Notes: generated by a model from the sequence alone, not told the origin. A stretch of 64,000 nucleotides of DNA from an uncultured Desulfatiglans sp. (GCA_964499695.1 CAZCMD010000002.1:5423-69422), one strand, 5' to 3'. Shown: positions 18,211-29,051, numbered from the stretch's first letter. Translations and numbers: made by a program.

Positions 18211-19296
18211 ATGACAAACAGAGTTTATAATTTTAACGCAGGCCCGTCGGCTCTTCCACTGCCAGTACTGGAAGAGGTAAGAGAGGAATTTCTTGATTTC
18301 AAGGGATCAGGGATGTCTATAACAGAGATCAGCCACAGATCAACTGCCTTTGATGAAGTGATAGATACAGCCATAGCAAGGGCAAAAAGGCTCTTAAATC
18401 TTGATGACAACTATAGTGTGCTCTTTATTCAGGGCGGGGCAAGCATGCAGTTTTGCATGGTACCAATGAACCTGAATGTCAGCGGCAAACCCGTTGACTA
18501 TATAAATACGGGCACATGGTCTACAACTGCTATAAAAGAGGCAAAGATCCAGGGACTTAATACAAGGGTTCTCGCCTCTTCCGAGGACAGAAATTTTGCT
18601 TATATCCCATATAATGTAAAAGAGGATGGCAATGCCGCATACCTTCACTTCACCTCCAATAACACCATTAAGGGTACACAGTGGGCAAAATTTCCGGAAC
18701 CAAACGGGGTGCCCCTTATATCTGACATGTCTTCGGATTTTTTAAGCCGGACCTTTGATGCAAAACCCTTTGGCCTGATCTACGCCGGAGCCCAGAAGAA
18801 TGTGGGCCCTGCCGGTGCGGCAATGGTTATTATAAGAAAGGATATGCTTGAAAGGACCCCTGCTAATCTCCCGACCTTTCTCAAATATACCACCTTTTCT
18901 GAACATAATTCCATGTTCAATACACCGCCGTGCTTTGTTGTCTATGTAACAGGCCTTGTACTTAAATGGCTTGAAGAAACCATAGGCGGCCTTAAAAATA
19001 TGGAAAAGCTGAACAATGAAAAGGCTGAAACCCTTTACTCATTCCTCGACAGTTCCAGCTTTTACAGGGGGACGGCAGATAAGGACAGCAGGTCAAAGAT
19101 GAATGTCACATTCAGGCTGCCTACGGAAGATCTTGAAAAACGATTTGTCTCCGCTGCAACAAAGGCTGGTCTGGAAGGGCTAAAAGGCCACCGCTCTGTT
19201 GGCGGATGCAGGGCATCCATATATAATGCCACTGCCATAGATGCGGTAAAAAGCCTGATTAACTTCATGAAGGACTTTGAAAAGAAAGAGGGGTAA
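18211..19296 (+). CDS. serC: Phosphoserine aminotransferase
   Basis: 361 aa. N-terminus [18 protein letters not shown]… and overall SerC architecture. AAGGAG RBS. Confidence 0.9.
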   Translation: MTNRVYNFNAGPSALPLPVLEEVREEFLDFKGSGMSITEISHRSTAFDEVIDTAIARAKRLLNLDDNYSVLFIQGGASMQFCMVPMNLNVSGKPVDYINTGTWSTTAIKEAKIQGLNTRVLASSEDRNFAYIPYNVKEDGNAAYLHFTSNNTIKGTQWAKFPEPNGVPLISDMSSDFLSRTFDAKPFGLIYAGAQKNVGPAGAAMVIIRKDMLERTPANLPTFLKYTTFSEHNSMFNTPPCFVVYVTGLVLKWLEETIGGLKNMEKLNNEKAETLYSFLDSSSFYRGTADKDSRSKMNVTFRLPTEDLEKRFVSAATKAGLEGLKGHRSVGGCRASIYNATAIDAVKSLINFMKDFEKKEG

Positions 19297-19300
19297 TCTT

Positions 19301-20692
19301 GTGATACATACAAGGGTCGACCGGCTCCTCTCCCTTGAAAAAGGAGAGGATAATATCACAGTAATGGGATGGGTAAGAACCAGACGGGACTCAAAGGGAG
19401 GATTTTCCTTTATTGAGATTAATGACGGCTCCTGCCTGGGGAATCTCCAGGTTATCGCTGACTCAAACCTGCCTAATTACAAAAATGAGATCATTAATCT
19501 CCAGACCGGCTGCTCTGTAAAAGTGACAGGGGCAATCGTGCCTTCGCAGGGTAAAGGTCAACACATGGAGATGCAGGCAAAAAGCATAGAGGTGCTTGGA
19601 TGGGCAGACCCTGAAACATACCCAATGCAGAAAAAAAGGCACTCATTTGAATTTCTTCGCACTATTGCCCACTTAAGACCACGCACAAATACCTTTGGCG
19701 CAATAGCCAGGGTCAGAAATGCCATGAGCATGGCTATACACAACTTCTTTCAGGAGAGGGGTTTTCTGTATATACATACACCTATCCTTACAGGAAGCGA
19801 TTGCGAAGGGGCTGGCGACATGTTCCGGGTTACCACATTCGAACTGGATAAAATACCATTTAAAAATGGAAAACCCGACTTTGAACAGGACTTTTTTGGC
19901 GCTCCCTCTCACCTGACCGTAAGCGGTCAACTTGAGGCAGAGATTTATGCCCTAGCTATGGGTGATGTATATACCTTCGGCCCTACATTCAGGGCTGAAA
20001 ATTCCAACACATCCCGCCATCTTGCAGAGTTCTGGATGATTGAACCTGAGATGGCATTCTGTGACCTTGAAGACAATATAAAGGTAGCCACGGAGTTTAT
20101 TAAATATGTATTAAAGTATGTGCTTGAAAACTGCCGCGAAGACATGGATTTTTTTAACAGTTTTATTGATAAGACCATTATCGATACACTTGAAGCCATC
20201 ATAACCAGAGATTTCAGGATACTGACCTATACAGAGGCAGTTAATATTCTTGTCGCATCCGGTGAAACATTTGAGTACCCGGTAAAATGGGGAGAGGATC
20301 TTCAGGCAGAACATGAAAGATATCTCTGTGAAAAGACCTTTAAATGTCCTGTAGTACTTATAAATTACCCTAAGGATATCAAGGCCTTTTACATGAAACT
20401 TAATGAAGATAATAAGACAGTAAAGGCCATGGATGTACTATTTCCAAAGCTGGGCGAGATAATAGGCGGAAGCCAGAGGGAAGAAAATTATGATGTACTC
20501 CTTTCAAGGATCAAAGCGACTGGCCTTAACCCTGACGATTACTGGTGGTATCTTGAATTGAGAAAATTCGGTTCAGTACCCCACTCGGGTTTTGGTCTTG
20601 GGTTTGAACGGTTAATCCAGTTTGTTACAGGCATGGGGAACATCAGGGATGTCATCCCCTTCCCCCGTACACCGGGTAATATATCCTTTTAA
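19301..20692 (+). CDS. asnS: Asparagine--tRNA ligase
   Basis: Class IIb aaRS with AsnS-type motifs (…[22 protein letters not shown]…, …[21 protein letters not shown]…, …[15 protein letters not shown]…). I preferred the GTG at 19301 (AGAGGGG upstream) because it begins after the serC stop. Confidence 0.9.
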   Translation: MIHTRVDRLLSLEKGEDNITVMGWVRTRRDSKGGFSFIEINDGSCLGNLQVIADSNLPNYKNEIINLQTGCSVKVTGAIVPSQGKGQHMEMQAKSIEVLGWADPETYPMQKKRHSFEFLRTIAHLRPRTNTFGAIARVRNAMSMAIHNFFQERGFLYIHTPILTGSDCEGAGDMFRVTTFELDKIPFKNGKPDFEQDFFGAPSHLTVSGQLEAEIYALAMGDVYTFGPTFRAENSNTSRHLAEFWMIEPEMAFCDLEDNIKVATEFIKYVLKYVLENCREDMDFFNSFIDKTIIDTLEAIITRDFRILTYTEAVNILVASGETFEYPVKWGEDLQAEHERYLCEKTFKCPVVLINYPKDIKAFYMKLNEDNKTVKAMDVLFPKLGEIIGGSQREENYDVLLSRIKATGLNPDDYWWYLELRKFGSVPHSGFGLGFERLIQFVTGMGNIRDVIPFPRTPGNISF

Positions 20693-20696
20693 AAGA

Positions 20697-21122
20697 CTAT
20701 TGATCCATAGAAACCTTTACTTTCTCTTTAATATCTATCACCCTGTCATTGCTGACAGTTTTATCATCCATCTGATAAATGACAGCTACAAGGTGTTTGC
20801 CTTTTTTGAACCTGTCCACCGGGCTTATTATAAGGGTACCCATACCAAAAGTGGTAAAATCCATCACATCAAAACTAAGGAGATCCTTTGAACTCAACTC
20901 AGAACGATATTCATATATCCCGCTGTACTGGTTATCGTTAAGACGTGAAATAAACATGGGGGTTCCCAGGTGTCTTTCAGCCTCACCCCTTTTCATACCC
21001 AAGAATACCGGTCCCCATTCAGGTGCAGTTGAATTCTTCTTTACATATACCCCTGTTGAACAGGCTGTAAAAAACAGAGAAATTCCCAGAAAAAAAACAA
21101 AAGGGATCAATCTTCTATGCAT
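20697..21122 (-). CDS. Lipoprotein, hypothetical
   Basis: Signal peptide with lipobox LFFTAC. 141 aa. Confidence 0.6.
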   Translation of the reverse strand: MHRRLIPFVFFLGISLFFTACSTGVYVKKNSTAPEWGPVFLGMKRGEAERHLGTPMFISRLNDNQYSGIYEYRSELSSKDLLSFDVMDFTTFGMGTLIISPVDRFKKGKHLVAVIYQMDDKTVSNDRVIDIKEKVKVSMDQ

Positions 21123-21168
21123 TTATGACTTTCTCCTTTATGTTAAAAGATATCCTCTATTAAAATAT

Positions 21169-21184
21169 TCAAATACCATGCCAA
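21169..21184 (-). promoter_or_regulatory. Weak sigma-54-like promoter candidate upstream of the lipoprotein gene
   Basis: The minus strand reads TTGGCATGGTATTTGAA. The GG and spacing are correct, but the -12 element is TTGA rather than TTGC. Confidence 0.25.
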
Positions 21185-21227
21185 TTAATGGATTGTGTCC
21201 ATTCGGAAAGAGGCTATTTTTTGATGA

Positions 21228-21317
21228 AGCTTTCAGCATTCAGCTATCAGTTGTAAGCCAAATCTTAGTATTAGATACCCTTTGCTGAAAGTTGAACGCT
21301 GATAGCTGAGCGCTAAG
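21228..21317. repeat. Second copy of the GCTGA-unit palindromic intergenic element (see 778-860)
   Basis: agctttcagcattcagctatcag … tgctgaaagttgaacgctgatagctgagcgctaag. The arms are reverse-complementary (ctgatagctga core). Confidence 0.55.
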
Positions 21318-21501
21318 ATCCAAAAAACGATAGTTTTTGGATGCAAGCTAGGTAATATTTGCCGGCCACAGGGAAACTACTTCATATCTGACACTCTGAC
21401 AAAATTTACCATAAATTGACCAGCCTGCTTATTTTATTTATTATTCTTTATTTTCAATATGTTACACACACGAAACAGGATATCCTGAAGCCAAAAATGA
21501 A

Positions 21502-21517
21502 TGGTATGATAATTGCT
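21502..21517 (+). promoter_or_regulatory. Sigma-54 (-24/-12) promoter candidate for the flgF operon
   Basis: TGGTATGATAATTGCT against consensus TGGCACG-N4-TTGCW. The GG-to-GC spacing is exact. It lies about 40 nt upstream of the flgF ATG. Confidence 0.55.
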
Positions 21518-21556
21518 AATATCAATCGCAGTAATCATTCTTATGTGGAGGCAGAG

Positions 21557-22270
21557 ATGATAAACGGAATGCTTGAAGCTTCCAGAGGTTGCATGAAAGA
21601 AGAATTCAGGATGGATATAATATCCAGCAACCTTGCAAATATCAATGTTATCGGTTTTAAAAAAGACAGGATTTCCTTTCAGAATGTCCTTGATAAAACA
21701 TCCATGTCAGCAAATGCACCTGCTAATATAACAATAAGACCGGATATGGAACAGGGTGACCTTAATTCCACGGGCAACGAGCTTGATATTGCCATTACAG
21801 GTAAAGGCTTTTTCAAGATCAACACGGAAAACGGCATAAGATATACCAGAAAAGGCAATTTTACCCTTGATCCCGATGGCACACTCATAACACAGAGTGG
21901 CGACAAGGTCATGGGTAAATCAGGCACCATAAAGATTACAGGCAAAAACATAAGTATTGACAGCAAAGGTAATATCCAGACCGATGATGGTAACATCGGA
22001 CAACTGGATGTTGTGGATTTTGAAAATTACAAAGGGCTCATCAAGGAAGGGAAAACCCATTTCAAAAACCAGTTGGATGAGTCTGAAATTGAGATCCCTG
22101 CTGAGAGCATTATATCCCAGGGATACACAGAAATCTCAAATGTTAATGCCGCTGATGAAATGGTCAACATGATTCATTCATTGAGGGCATTTGAAACATA
22201 CCAGAAATCCATGAGAACTATTGATGATCTGAATAACCAGGCCATAAACCAGGTTGGCAGATTGAGATAA
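21557..22270 (+). CDS. flgF: Flagellar basal-body rod protein FlgF
   Basis: Rod-protein N-terminus (…DIISSNLANINVIGFKKDR…) and C-terminus (…ISNVNAADEMVNMIHSLRAFETYQK…). ATG at 21557 with GGAGG upstream. Confidence 0.85.
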   Translation: MINGMLEASRGCMKEEFRMDIISSNLANINVIGFKKDRISFQNVLDKTSMSANAPANITIRPDMEQGDLNSTGNELDIAITGKGFFKINTENGIRYTRKGNFTLDPDGTLITQSGDKVMGKSGTIKITGKNISIDSKGNIQTDDGNIGQLDVVDFENYKGLIKEGKTHFKNQLDESEIEIPAESIISQGYTEISNVNAADEMVNMIHSLRAFETYQKSMRTIDDLNNQAINQVGRLR

Positions 22271-22300
22271 TACCGAAAACAAGGAAGAAGGAGAAAAAAA

Positions 22301-23086
22301 ATGATAAGAAGCCTTTGGACATCCGCATCAGGGATGTCAGCACAGAAACTGAATATGGATGTGATCGCACAGAACCTTGCAAACGTAAATACGAGCGGAT
22401 TCAAGAAAAGCCGTGCGGATTTTGAAGACCTCCTGTATCAGAACATGAAATCGCCGGGTGCTGACACAAGCTCCGGCGGACAGATACCCACAGGCATCCA
22501 GATCGGTATGGGTACAAGACCTGTATCAGTACAGAAGATATTCACCCAGGGTGATTTCCAGCAGACAGGAAATAATACTGATATGGCCATTGAAGGAAGT
22601 GGCTTTTTCAAGGTAATAAGCAATGGCGAAGAGGTTTATACCCGTGCCGGCTCTTTTAAACTGGACAATGAAGGATATCTTGTAACATCACAGGGTGACA
22701 GACTTCAGCCTGAAATATCCATACCTCCAACGGCAGTGACATTCACAGTCGACGGTGGAGGAACCCTTGCTGCCATGGAAGAAGATGGCAATACTGTTGT
22801 AGCTAGCGGGCAGATTACCATATACAACTTTATTAATCCGTCAGGGCTTAAGAGTCTGGGCGGCAACTATTACACTCCGACACCTGCATCAGGAGAACCC
22901 ACAGAAGGTAACCCCGGTGTTGATGGCCTTGGCACGCTTGTTCAGGGTTCGCTTGAAATATCAAACGTTGATGTTGTTGAAGAAATGGTAAATATGATCG
23001 CTTGCCAGCGCGCCTATGAAATATCATCGAAATCAATCAGGTCTGCTGATGACATGATGCAGATAGCAAACAATATAAAGAGATAG
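22301..23086 (+). CDS. flgG: Flagellar distal rod protein FlgG
   Basis: MIRSLWTSASGMSAQKLNMDVIAQNLANVNTSGFKKSRADFEDLLYQ… and a C-terminal …SNVDVVEEMVNMIACQRAYE…. Confidence 0.95.
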   Translation: MIRSLWTSASGMSAQKLNMDVIAQNLANVNTSGFKKSRADFEDLLYQNMKSPGADTSSGGQIPTGIQIGMGTRPVSVQKIFTQGDFQQTGNNTDMAIEGSGFFKVISNGEEVYTRAGSFKLDNEGYLVTSQGDRLQPEISIPPTAVTFTVDGGGTLAAMEEDGNTVVASGQITIYNFINPSGLKSLGGNYYTPTPASGEPTEGNPGVDGLGTLVQGSLEISNVDVVEEMVNMIACQRAYEISSKSIRSADDMMQIANNIKR

Positions 23087-23096
23087 GACAAAGGTT

Positions 23097-24074
23097 ATGA
23101 TCAGTAATACTTTCAAATCAGTAAAATATCCGTTGACTCTGTTTATTGCATGCATGTTGCTTTCATCCTTATGCTTCTCACTCGAAATCAAGGTAAAGAA
23201 TACGGCAAAGATCAATGGTGAAACAGTCTCCCTTGGCGACATCGCCTCTTTCCAGCCATCAGATGATATACGTGTTGACAGATTAAAGGCAATAGAAATC
23301 TCAGCATCCCCTGCCCCTGATACAATACGCAAGATTGAAAAAGAGTTGATTATGTACAGGGTTGCCGCCCTTATAAAAGGTGATAGGGATATCACGATTA
23401 ACATGCCTGAAAGTATTATGGTCGAAAGGGATTCGCAGGTTATCTCAGGCAAAACCCTTGAGAAAATATTCACCAATTATGTGCTTGAAAATTCACCCTG
23501 GGATCAGGATCAGGTTGTTTTTGAAAATATAAATACACCATCATCCATAGCATTCCCTATGGGAAAGCTGGATTGGGAAATAACTGAAAAACAGAACAAT
23601 AATTTCTCAGGAAACCTCTCAATTACCGTAGAGTTTTACCTGGATGGGGAATCACAAAGAAAAATAGTCCTCTCCGGAAAATTAGGGATTATCAAAGATG
23701 TAGTAAAAGCCGCCAGAACCATCAATAAAGGCGAGATCATCTCATCGAAAGATATCATCCTTGTCACGGAAAAGGGAAAAAACAATAATAAAAACTCGAT
23801 AACCAGCATTGAGGATATAATAGGGAAAAGGGCAATCAGAAGAATACAGGCTGATCAGCTTATATGTGACAGCATGGTAATGGTCCCCCCTGCTATCGAA
23901 AAGGGAGCACGCATAATGATAAAGGCTGAAAATGATGACCTGATTATAACCGCTTCAGGAAAGGCACTTGAAGAGGGAGGCCTCGGTGACCAGATAAGGG
24001 TTATGAACATAGTGAGTGGCAAGGAAATAATAGCCACAGTAAAAAGATCAGACCTTGTTGTGGTTCAATTCTGA
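23097..24074 (+). CDS. flgA: Flagellar P-ring assembly chaperone FlgA
   Basis: Position between flgG and flgH. Signal peptide. C-terminal SAF/FlgA-like segment (…GKRAIRRIQADQLICDSMV…GDQIRVMNIVSGKEIIATV…). Confidence 0.75.
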   Translation: MISNTFKSVKYPLTLFIACMLLSSLCFSLEIKVKNTAKINGETVSLGDIASFQPSDDIRVDRLKAIEISASPAPDTIRKIEKELIMYRVAALIKGDRDITINMPESIMVERDSQVISGKTLEKIFTNYVLENSPWDQDQVVFENINTPSSIAFPMGKLDWEITEKQNNNFSGNLSITVEFYLDGESQRKIVLSGKLGIIKDVVKAARTINKGEIISSKDIILVTEKGKNNNKNSITSIEDIIGKRAIRRIQADQLICDSMVMVPPAIEKGARIMIKAENDDLIITASGKALEEGGLGDQIRVMNIVSGKEIIATVKRSDLVVVQF

Positions 24075-24124
24075 TTACAGGATGCGATAAAGAATAACAA
24101 CAGGGATATTTTTAGGAGTAAAAA

Positions 24125-24868
24125 ATGGTAAAAGCAACATATAAAATAATACTCATCCTCTGCCTGACAGCATTAGCGGGCTGTGCATCAAAACAACCTC
24201 AGAGGCAGTCAATGATGCCTGCTTCAAATCCATCTTTAAATGCTGTTCCCTATAACAGGGATATTAATAAGAGAGATCCTGAGTCACTTTCAGATATTTA
24301 TTCTGATGAAGCTTCAAGGGATTTTTATCAGGACATGCGCGCCTATAAGGTAGGAGACCTTGTTACTGTTAATATTGCAGAGACATCCGCTGCAAACAAA
24401 TCAGCATCAACACAGACAGGAAGATCTTCATCCATTGATGCAGGTATAGAGAATATGCTGGGCTGGGAAGGCAAAATTAAAAATGTCACATCACTTGGTA
24501 ATGCTGATGCACGTAATGCCTTTAATAATTCAAGCATGCTGAAGGGTTCGCTTTCCAACAGTTTCAATGGCACAGGTCAGACTTCAAGGGGTGACAGCAT
24601 GACAGCATCCATAACCGCAAAGGTTATTGATGTCCAGCCAAATGGAAACCTGCTCATAGAGGGGATAAGGGAGATCAGGGTCAACAGTGAAACACAGGTT
24701 ATAATACTCTCCGGTTTTATCAGACCGGTGGACATATCACCGGATAATACTGTTCTTTCAAGCTATATAGGTGATGCAAAAATACAATACCTGGGAACAG
24801 GAGCAATAAGTGACAAACAACGTCCGGGCTGGCTGTCAAGGGCAGCAGATATTATATGGCCATTCTAA
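24125..24868 (+). CDS. flgH: Flagellar L-ring lipoprotein FlgH
   Basis: Lipobox LTALAGCAS. FlgH core (…YKVGDLVTVNIAE…NGNLLIEGIREIRVNSETQ…). Confidence 0.9.
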   Translation: MVKATYKIILILCLTALAGCASKQPQRQSMMPASNPSLNAVPYNRDINKRDPESLSDIYSDEASRDFYQDMRAYKVGDLVTVNIAETSAANKSASTQTGRSSSIDAGIENMLGWEGKIKNVTSLGNADARNAFNNSSMLKGSLSNSFNGTGQTSRGDSMTASITAKVIDVQPNGNLLIEGIREIRVNSETQVIILSGFIRPVDISPDNTVLSSYIGDAKIQYLGTGAISDKQRPGWLSRAADIIWPF

Positions 24869-24879
24869 TGGAGGCAACG

Positions 24880-26004
24880 ATGAGACCAGTTAATAAAAAC
24901 AGGTTTATAAAACTTATTATCCTTACATGCCTTATTATTACAGGATACGCAACATGCGTTTCAGGCGCAAGGATAAAGGATATCGCATCTTTTAAGGGTG
25001 TAAAGAACTACCAGCTTGTGGGGTATGGACTTGTAATCGGTCTGAACGGAACAGGTGATGGCAATTCTACACAGTTTACAACACAATCCCTTGCAAATAT
25101 GATGGAACGTCTTGGAATCCATACCCAGTCTGATAAAATCAAGGTAGACAATGTAGCAGGTGTTATTGTTACGGCAAATCTTCCTCCCTTTTCAAAAAAG
25201 GGGAGCGCACTTGATGTTCTCGTTTCATCAATTGGCGATGCAAAAAGCCTTCAGGGTGGCACTCTTATAATGACACAACTTAAGGGTGTTGATAACAATA
25301 TATATGCAACAGCTCAGGGAGCACTTCTGGTAGGAGGTTTTGCCTCTTCAGGTGCGGCTGGAGGTGGTGTCCAGAAAAATCATCCAACAGTCGCAAGGAT
25401 ACCCGGAGGTGGCCTTATTGTAAGAGAGATAGCCTTTGATTTCAATACACTTCCAGATATAACCATAGCCCTTGACCGTCCGGATTTTACAACCGCCCTC
25501 AGGATGTCTGATGCCATTAATAATACACTCGGGACTGTAAATGCTATTCCTGTGGATGCCGGAACAGTAAAGATTAATATTCCGGAAGCCTATACCGGAA
25601 ATCATGTAACCCTGGTATCATCACTTGAGCAGATAGAAATACAACCTGATCTTGAGGCCAGAATCGTGCTCTCTGAAAGAACAGGTACGGTTATAATGGG
25701 TGAAAAGGTAATGATTTCTCCTATTGCCATAGCACACGGGAACCTGAGTGTTGAGATCAAGGAAAAAAAGGATGTAAGTCAGCCTGCTCCATTCTCAGAT
25801 GGTGAAACAGTTGTTACACCGGATACTGAAGTAAATGTTACAGAAGAAAAAAACAAGCTCCTGCTGGTCAGTCCTGAAAAGGCAGATATCGGTAGTTTAG
25901 TAAAGGCATTGAATGCCATAGGGGTTTCACCTAGAGACCTTATAACAGTATTCCAGGCCATAAAGGCTAGCGGGGCTTTGCAGGCTGAACTTGAGATTAT
26001 CTAA
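24880..26004 (+). CDS. flgI: Flagellar P-ring protein FlgI
   Basis: …RIKDIASFKGVKNYQLVGYGLVIGLNGTGD… ATG at 24880 with GGAGG upstream, just after the flgH stop. Confidence 0.9.
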   Translation: MRPVNKNRFIKLIILTCLIITGYATCVSGARIKDIASFKGVKNYQLVGYGLVIGLNGTGDGNSTQFTTQSLANMMERLGIHTQSDKIKVDNVAGVIVTANLPPFSKKGSALDVLVSSIGDAKSLQGGTLIMTQLKGVDNNIYATAQGALLVGGFASSGAAGGGVQKNHPTVARIPGGGLIVREIAFDFNTLPDITIALDRPDFTTALRMSDAINNTLGTVNAIPVDAGTVKINIPEAYTGNHVTLVSSLEQIEIQPDLEARIVLSERTGTVIMGEKVMISPIAIAHGNLSVEIKEKKDVSQPAPFSDGETVVTPDTEVNVTEEKNKLLLVSPEKADIGSLVKALNAIGVSPRDLITVFQAIKASGALQAELEII

Positions 26005-26038
26005 GTTTTAAAAAAGGCAGGCCATAACAGGGAGCATA

Positions 26039-26773
26039 ATGCTAATGAAAGATATATCCATAAAATCAACAGATCAGCCCTCAGTAATAAAAACTGCTGA
26101 TCAAAAAGATGCCAAATTAAAAAAGGCCTGCAAAGATTTTGAAGCAATATTTACATATGAGATGCTTAAGAGCATGAGAAAAAGCATAGAAAAGTGTGAT
26201 CTCTTTCATGGCGGACAGGCAGAAGAGATATATGAATCAATGCTTGATCAGGAACTCTCGGAAAATATGGCTGGAAAAGGGAGTAACAGCATAAGCGAGA
26301 TTTTATATAATCAGTTGAAAGATATTTATCAATTAACCGAAAATGCTGAAACGGTGAGAAGCACTGAAAAAAGCAGAGAGATCAGCACACGTCCGCTAAT
26401 GCCTGTGAATGCAGAGGTATCATCATCCTTTGGCTTCAGAAAAGATCCATTTACAGGGAAAAAGAAATTCCATGCAGGAATGGATATGGCTGCAGATGCG
26501 GGTACAGAAGTAAAAGCAGCTATGGCTGGAAGAGTCCAGATGACAGACGATCAGAAAGGATATGGCAAGGTGGTCGTTCTTGATCATGGACAGGGTTATA
26601 CAACACTTTATGCACATAATAGCGACATTACGGTAAAAGCCGGTGACTGGGTACAGAAAGGCACAACAATAGCAAAGGTCGGTTCAACAGGTCGAAGCAC
26701 AGGTCCTCATCTTCACTTTGAGGTAAGAAAGGACGGGCAGAGGCTTGATCCTGAAAATTTCTTTAAATCATGA
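26039..26773 (+). CDS. flgJ: FlgJ-like rod-binding protein fused to an M23 (LytM-type) peptidase domain
   Basis: N-terminal rod-binding motif (ACKDFEAIFTYEMLKSMRKS). C-terminal M23 signature (HAGMDMAA…GYGKVVVLDHGQGYTTLYAHNS…GSTGRSTGPHLHFEVR). Confidence 0.8.
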   Translation: MLMKDISIKSTDQPSVIKTADQKDAKLKKACKDFEAIFTYEMLKSMRKSIEKCDLFHGGQAEEIYESMLDQELSENMAGKGSNSISEILYNQLKDIYQLTENAETVRSTEKSREISTRPLMPVNAEVSSSFGFRKDPFTGKKKFHAGMDMAADAGTEVKAAMAGRVQMTDDQKGYGKVVVLDHGQGYTTLYAHNSDITVKAGDWVQKGTTIAKVGSTGRSTGPHLHFEVRKDGQRLDPENFFKS

Positions 26774-26843
26774 TGTTATGCCGGTGATTAAAGGATATTT
26801 CAGAATTTGCATTCTTTTACCGATATATAAGTTAAGGAGCAAT

Positions 26844-27299
26844 ATGGAAAAGGACATAATAAGACTAAAAAATCTATACCTTAAAAGGGTATCACTGTAT
26901 GAAGAGCTGCTTGGTTGTATAAAAAGGGAGAGTGATAACCTTATAAACCAGGACATAAAGGGTATCTGGTCATCTCTCGATGAAAAAAAGGAGATTTTAG
27001 AGGCTATTGAAGAAAATAACATGAGTTTTCCGGGAAATCATGCTGCAAGTCCTGTACCAGCAGATATTTTAAGGAATGACAAGGATTTAATAATGGGTTT
27101 CAAGAGAAAACTCATGGAGTTAAAACAGGAAATCGGCACAAGGGTCAAAGAAAACATATCATTTATCAATGATACGCTTTCTTTTATTAACGACGTGTTC
27201 AACACCATCACAAATAACGATAAAAAACCTGATATATATGGACGTGACCTGAAAAGAAGAAACGGGACCTCTAACCTTATTTACCATAACGAGGTTTAA
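26844..27299 (+). CDS. flgN: FlgN-like export chaperone for FlgK/FlgL
   Basis: 151-aa helical protein immediately upstream of flgK. ATG at 26844 with AAGGAG upstream. The family call rests mostly on position and composition. Confidence 0.5.
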   Translation: MEKDIIRLKNLYLKRVSLYEELLGCIKRESDNLINQDIKGIWSSLDEKKEILEAIEENNMSFPGNHAASPVPADILRNDKDLIMGFKRKLMELKQEIGTRVKENISFINDTLSFINDVFNTITNNDKKPDIYGRDLKRRNGTSNLIYHNEV

Positions 27300-27301
27300 A
27301 A

Positions 27302-29038
27302 ATGAGTGGAATTGGCCTTGTACTTAATCTGGCAAAGGATGCCATACTTACACAGCAATATGCTATTGATGTGATTTCACATAATATTGCCAATGTGAGC
27401 ACTGAAGGGTATGCAAGACAGGTCCCCATGCTTGAGGCACAGGACGCTGCACCCTATGGAGGCCATCTGTTCGGCAGAGGAGTAAAGCTGAGTGAGATTC
27501 AGAGCGTGACAAACGCATTCATAGAAAGGCGTTTACAGTCAGCAACAAGCAACCTCTCCATGATGTCAGAAAAAGAGACATACATGAATATCATGGAGAC
27601 TATCTTTACTGAAAATTCAAGCAACAGTATAAGCAATCAGTTAAGCGAGTTCTGGAATGCCCTTAATGACCTCAATAACAATCCTTCAGGAATACCCGAA
27701 AGAAATATGGTTACAGAATATGCCTCGCTTCTTGCCCAGAGTTTTCAGGATACAAGCAGTGATCTTCTAAACCTGAGCAAAGAGATTAACAATTCGGTAG
27801 AGGTAAGTATAAACTCCATAAATGAGATACTTGATCAGATAGCAGATGCAAATAAACAGATACAGGTGGTAGGAATTACAGGAAATCCAAATGACCTTAT
27901 AGATAAAAGGAATCTCCTGGTAAAACAACTATCAGAGTATATGGATGTCAATACCTATGAATATGAGGATAGAACCATTTCAGTCAGCAGCAATAAGGGT
28001 TTTATGCTGGTCAACAAGCAGTCATCATACCACCTTGACTTTACTGGGACAGATATAACCTGGTCAACCAATTCAAGCCCTATAACTAATGAAATCAATG
28101 GGGGCAAACTTGGCGGATGGCTCGATATAAGGGATGAGATAATCCCGAAATTCAAGTCTGACCTTGATGAACTTGCCAAGGAAATAATATGGGAAGTGAA
28201 CAAACTTCACAGCCAGGGAGTGGGGCTTAACGGATTTTCCTCTGTCACAGGCACCTATGATGTAGATGATTCATCTCAGGCGATTGGGAACCCTATTCCA
28301 CCTAGTTCAGGCCTGGACTATTATGACAGGATAACGAATGGGAGTTTCAGAATATCGCTGTATGATGCAACAGGAAATTTTGTGGGAGATACCACAATAG
28401 CTGTTACCGCAGCCTCTACCAACCTTGATGACCTCGTATCTGTAATAAACGGGTATACTGGCCTGAACGCCTCAATTACAGATGGATTACTAAATATAAA
28501 GGCAGACCCCGGTTACACCTTTGCCTTTTCAGATGATAGCAGCAATACCCTTGCAGCGCTCGGTATAAACACATTTTTTACATCCTCAAACGCAAGGGAT
28601 ATGGGGATAAATGATATGATTCTTGCTGACAAAAACTATATTGCAGCAGGCACAATAAGCGATGACGAAATTTATCCCGGCGACAACACAAACTCCCTGA
28701 AACTGGCAAACCTCCAGTATGAAAATGTATCTGTAAAAAAATGGATATATTCGCGGGGTGAGAGCCCAACCTCACTTGATGTGACAAATATTACACTTGA
28801 TAATTATTTTCACCAGATGGTAGGCTCAATAGGGATAGAGAGCCAGAGCGTACAGCGCGAAAAGAGCTATAATGAGGCAATACAGGAAGAGATGAAGGCA
28901 ACAAGGGACAATATATCCGCTGTCTCCCTGGACGAAGAGATGACCAACCTGATCAAGTTTCAGCATGCCTATATGGCCGCTGCCAAATTAATAACAACCG
29001 CACAGGAGATGCTTGATGAGATTCTCCAGACGGTATAG
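27302..29038 (+). CDS. flgK: Flagellar hook-associated protein 1 FlgK
   Basis: N-terminus …QYAIDVISHNIANVSTEGYARQ… and C-terminus …SGVSLDEEMTNLIKFQHAYMAAAKLI…. Confidence 0.9.
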   Translation: MSGIGLVLNLAKDAILTQQYAIDVISHNIANVSTEGYARQVPMLEAQDAAPYGGHLFGRGVKLSEIQSVTNAFIERRLQSATSNLSMMSEKETYMNIMETIFTENSSNSISNQLSEFWNALNDLNNNPSGIPERNMVTEYASLLAQSFQDTSSDLLNLSKEINNSVEVSINSINEILDQIADANKQIQVVGITGNPNDLIDKRNLLVKQLSEYMDVNTYEYEDRTISVSSNKGFMLVNKQSSYHLDFTGTDITWSTNSSPITNEINGGKLGGWLDIRDEIIPKFKSDLDELAKEIIWEVNKLHSQGVGLNGFSSVTGTYDVDDSSQAIGNPIPPSSGLDYYDRITNGSFRISLYDATGNFVGDTTIAVTAASTNLDDLVSVINGYTGLNASITDGLLNIKADPGYTFAFSDDSSNTLAALGINTFFTSSNARDMGINDMILADKNYIAAGTISDDEIYPGDNTNSLKLANLQYENVSVKKWIYSRGESPTSLDVTNITLDNYFHQMVGSIGIESQSVQREKSYNEAIQEEMKATRDNISAVSLDEEMTNLIKFQHAYMAAAKLITTAQEMLDEILQTV

Positions 29039-29051
29039 GTAAAGGTGTAAC

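Noticed and set aside
19277-19300. Apparent 20-nt overlap of asnS with serC, with an MKRKRGNL N-terminal extension.
   Set aside because: The GTG at 19301 has a proper AGAGGGG RBS and starts right after the serC stop. The extension is not part of the AsnS fold, so the overlap is probably an ORF-caller artefact.
26790-26830. Sigma-28 (FliA) promoter upstream of flgN-flgK-flgL, suggested by a CCGATAT -10-like box.
   Set aside because: No TAAA -35 element sits at the required spacing of about 15 nt. The match is half a motif only.
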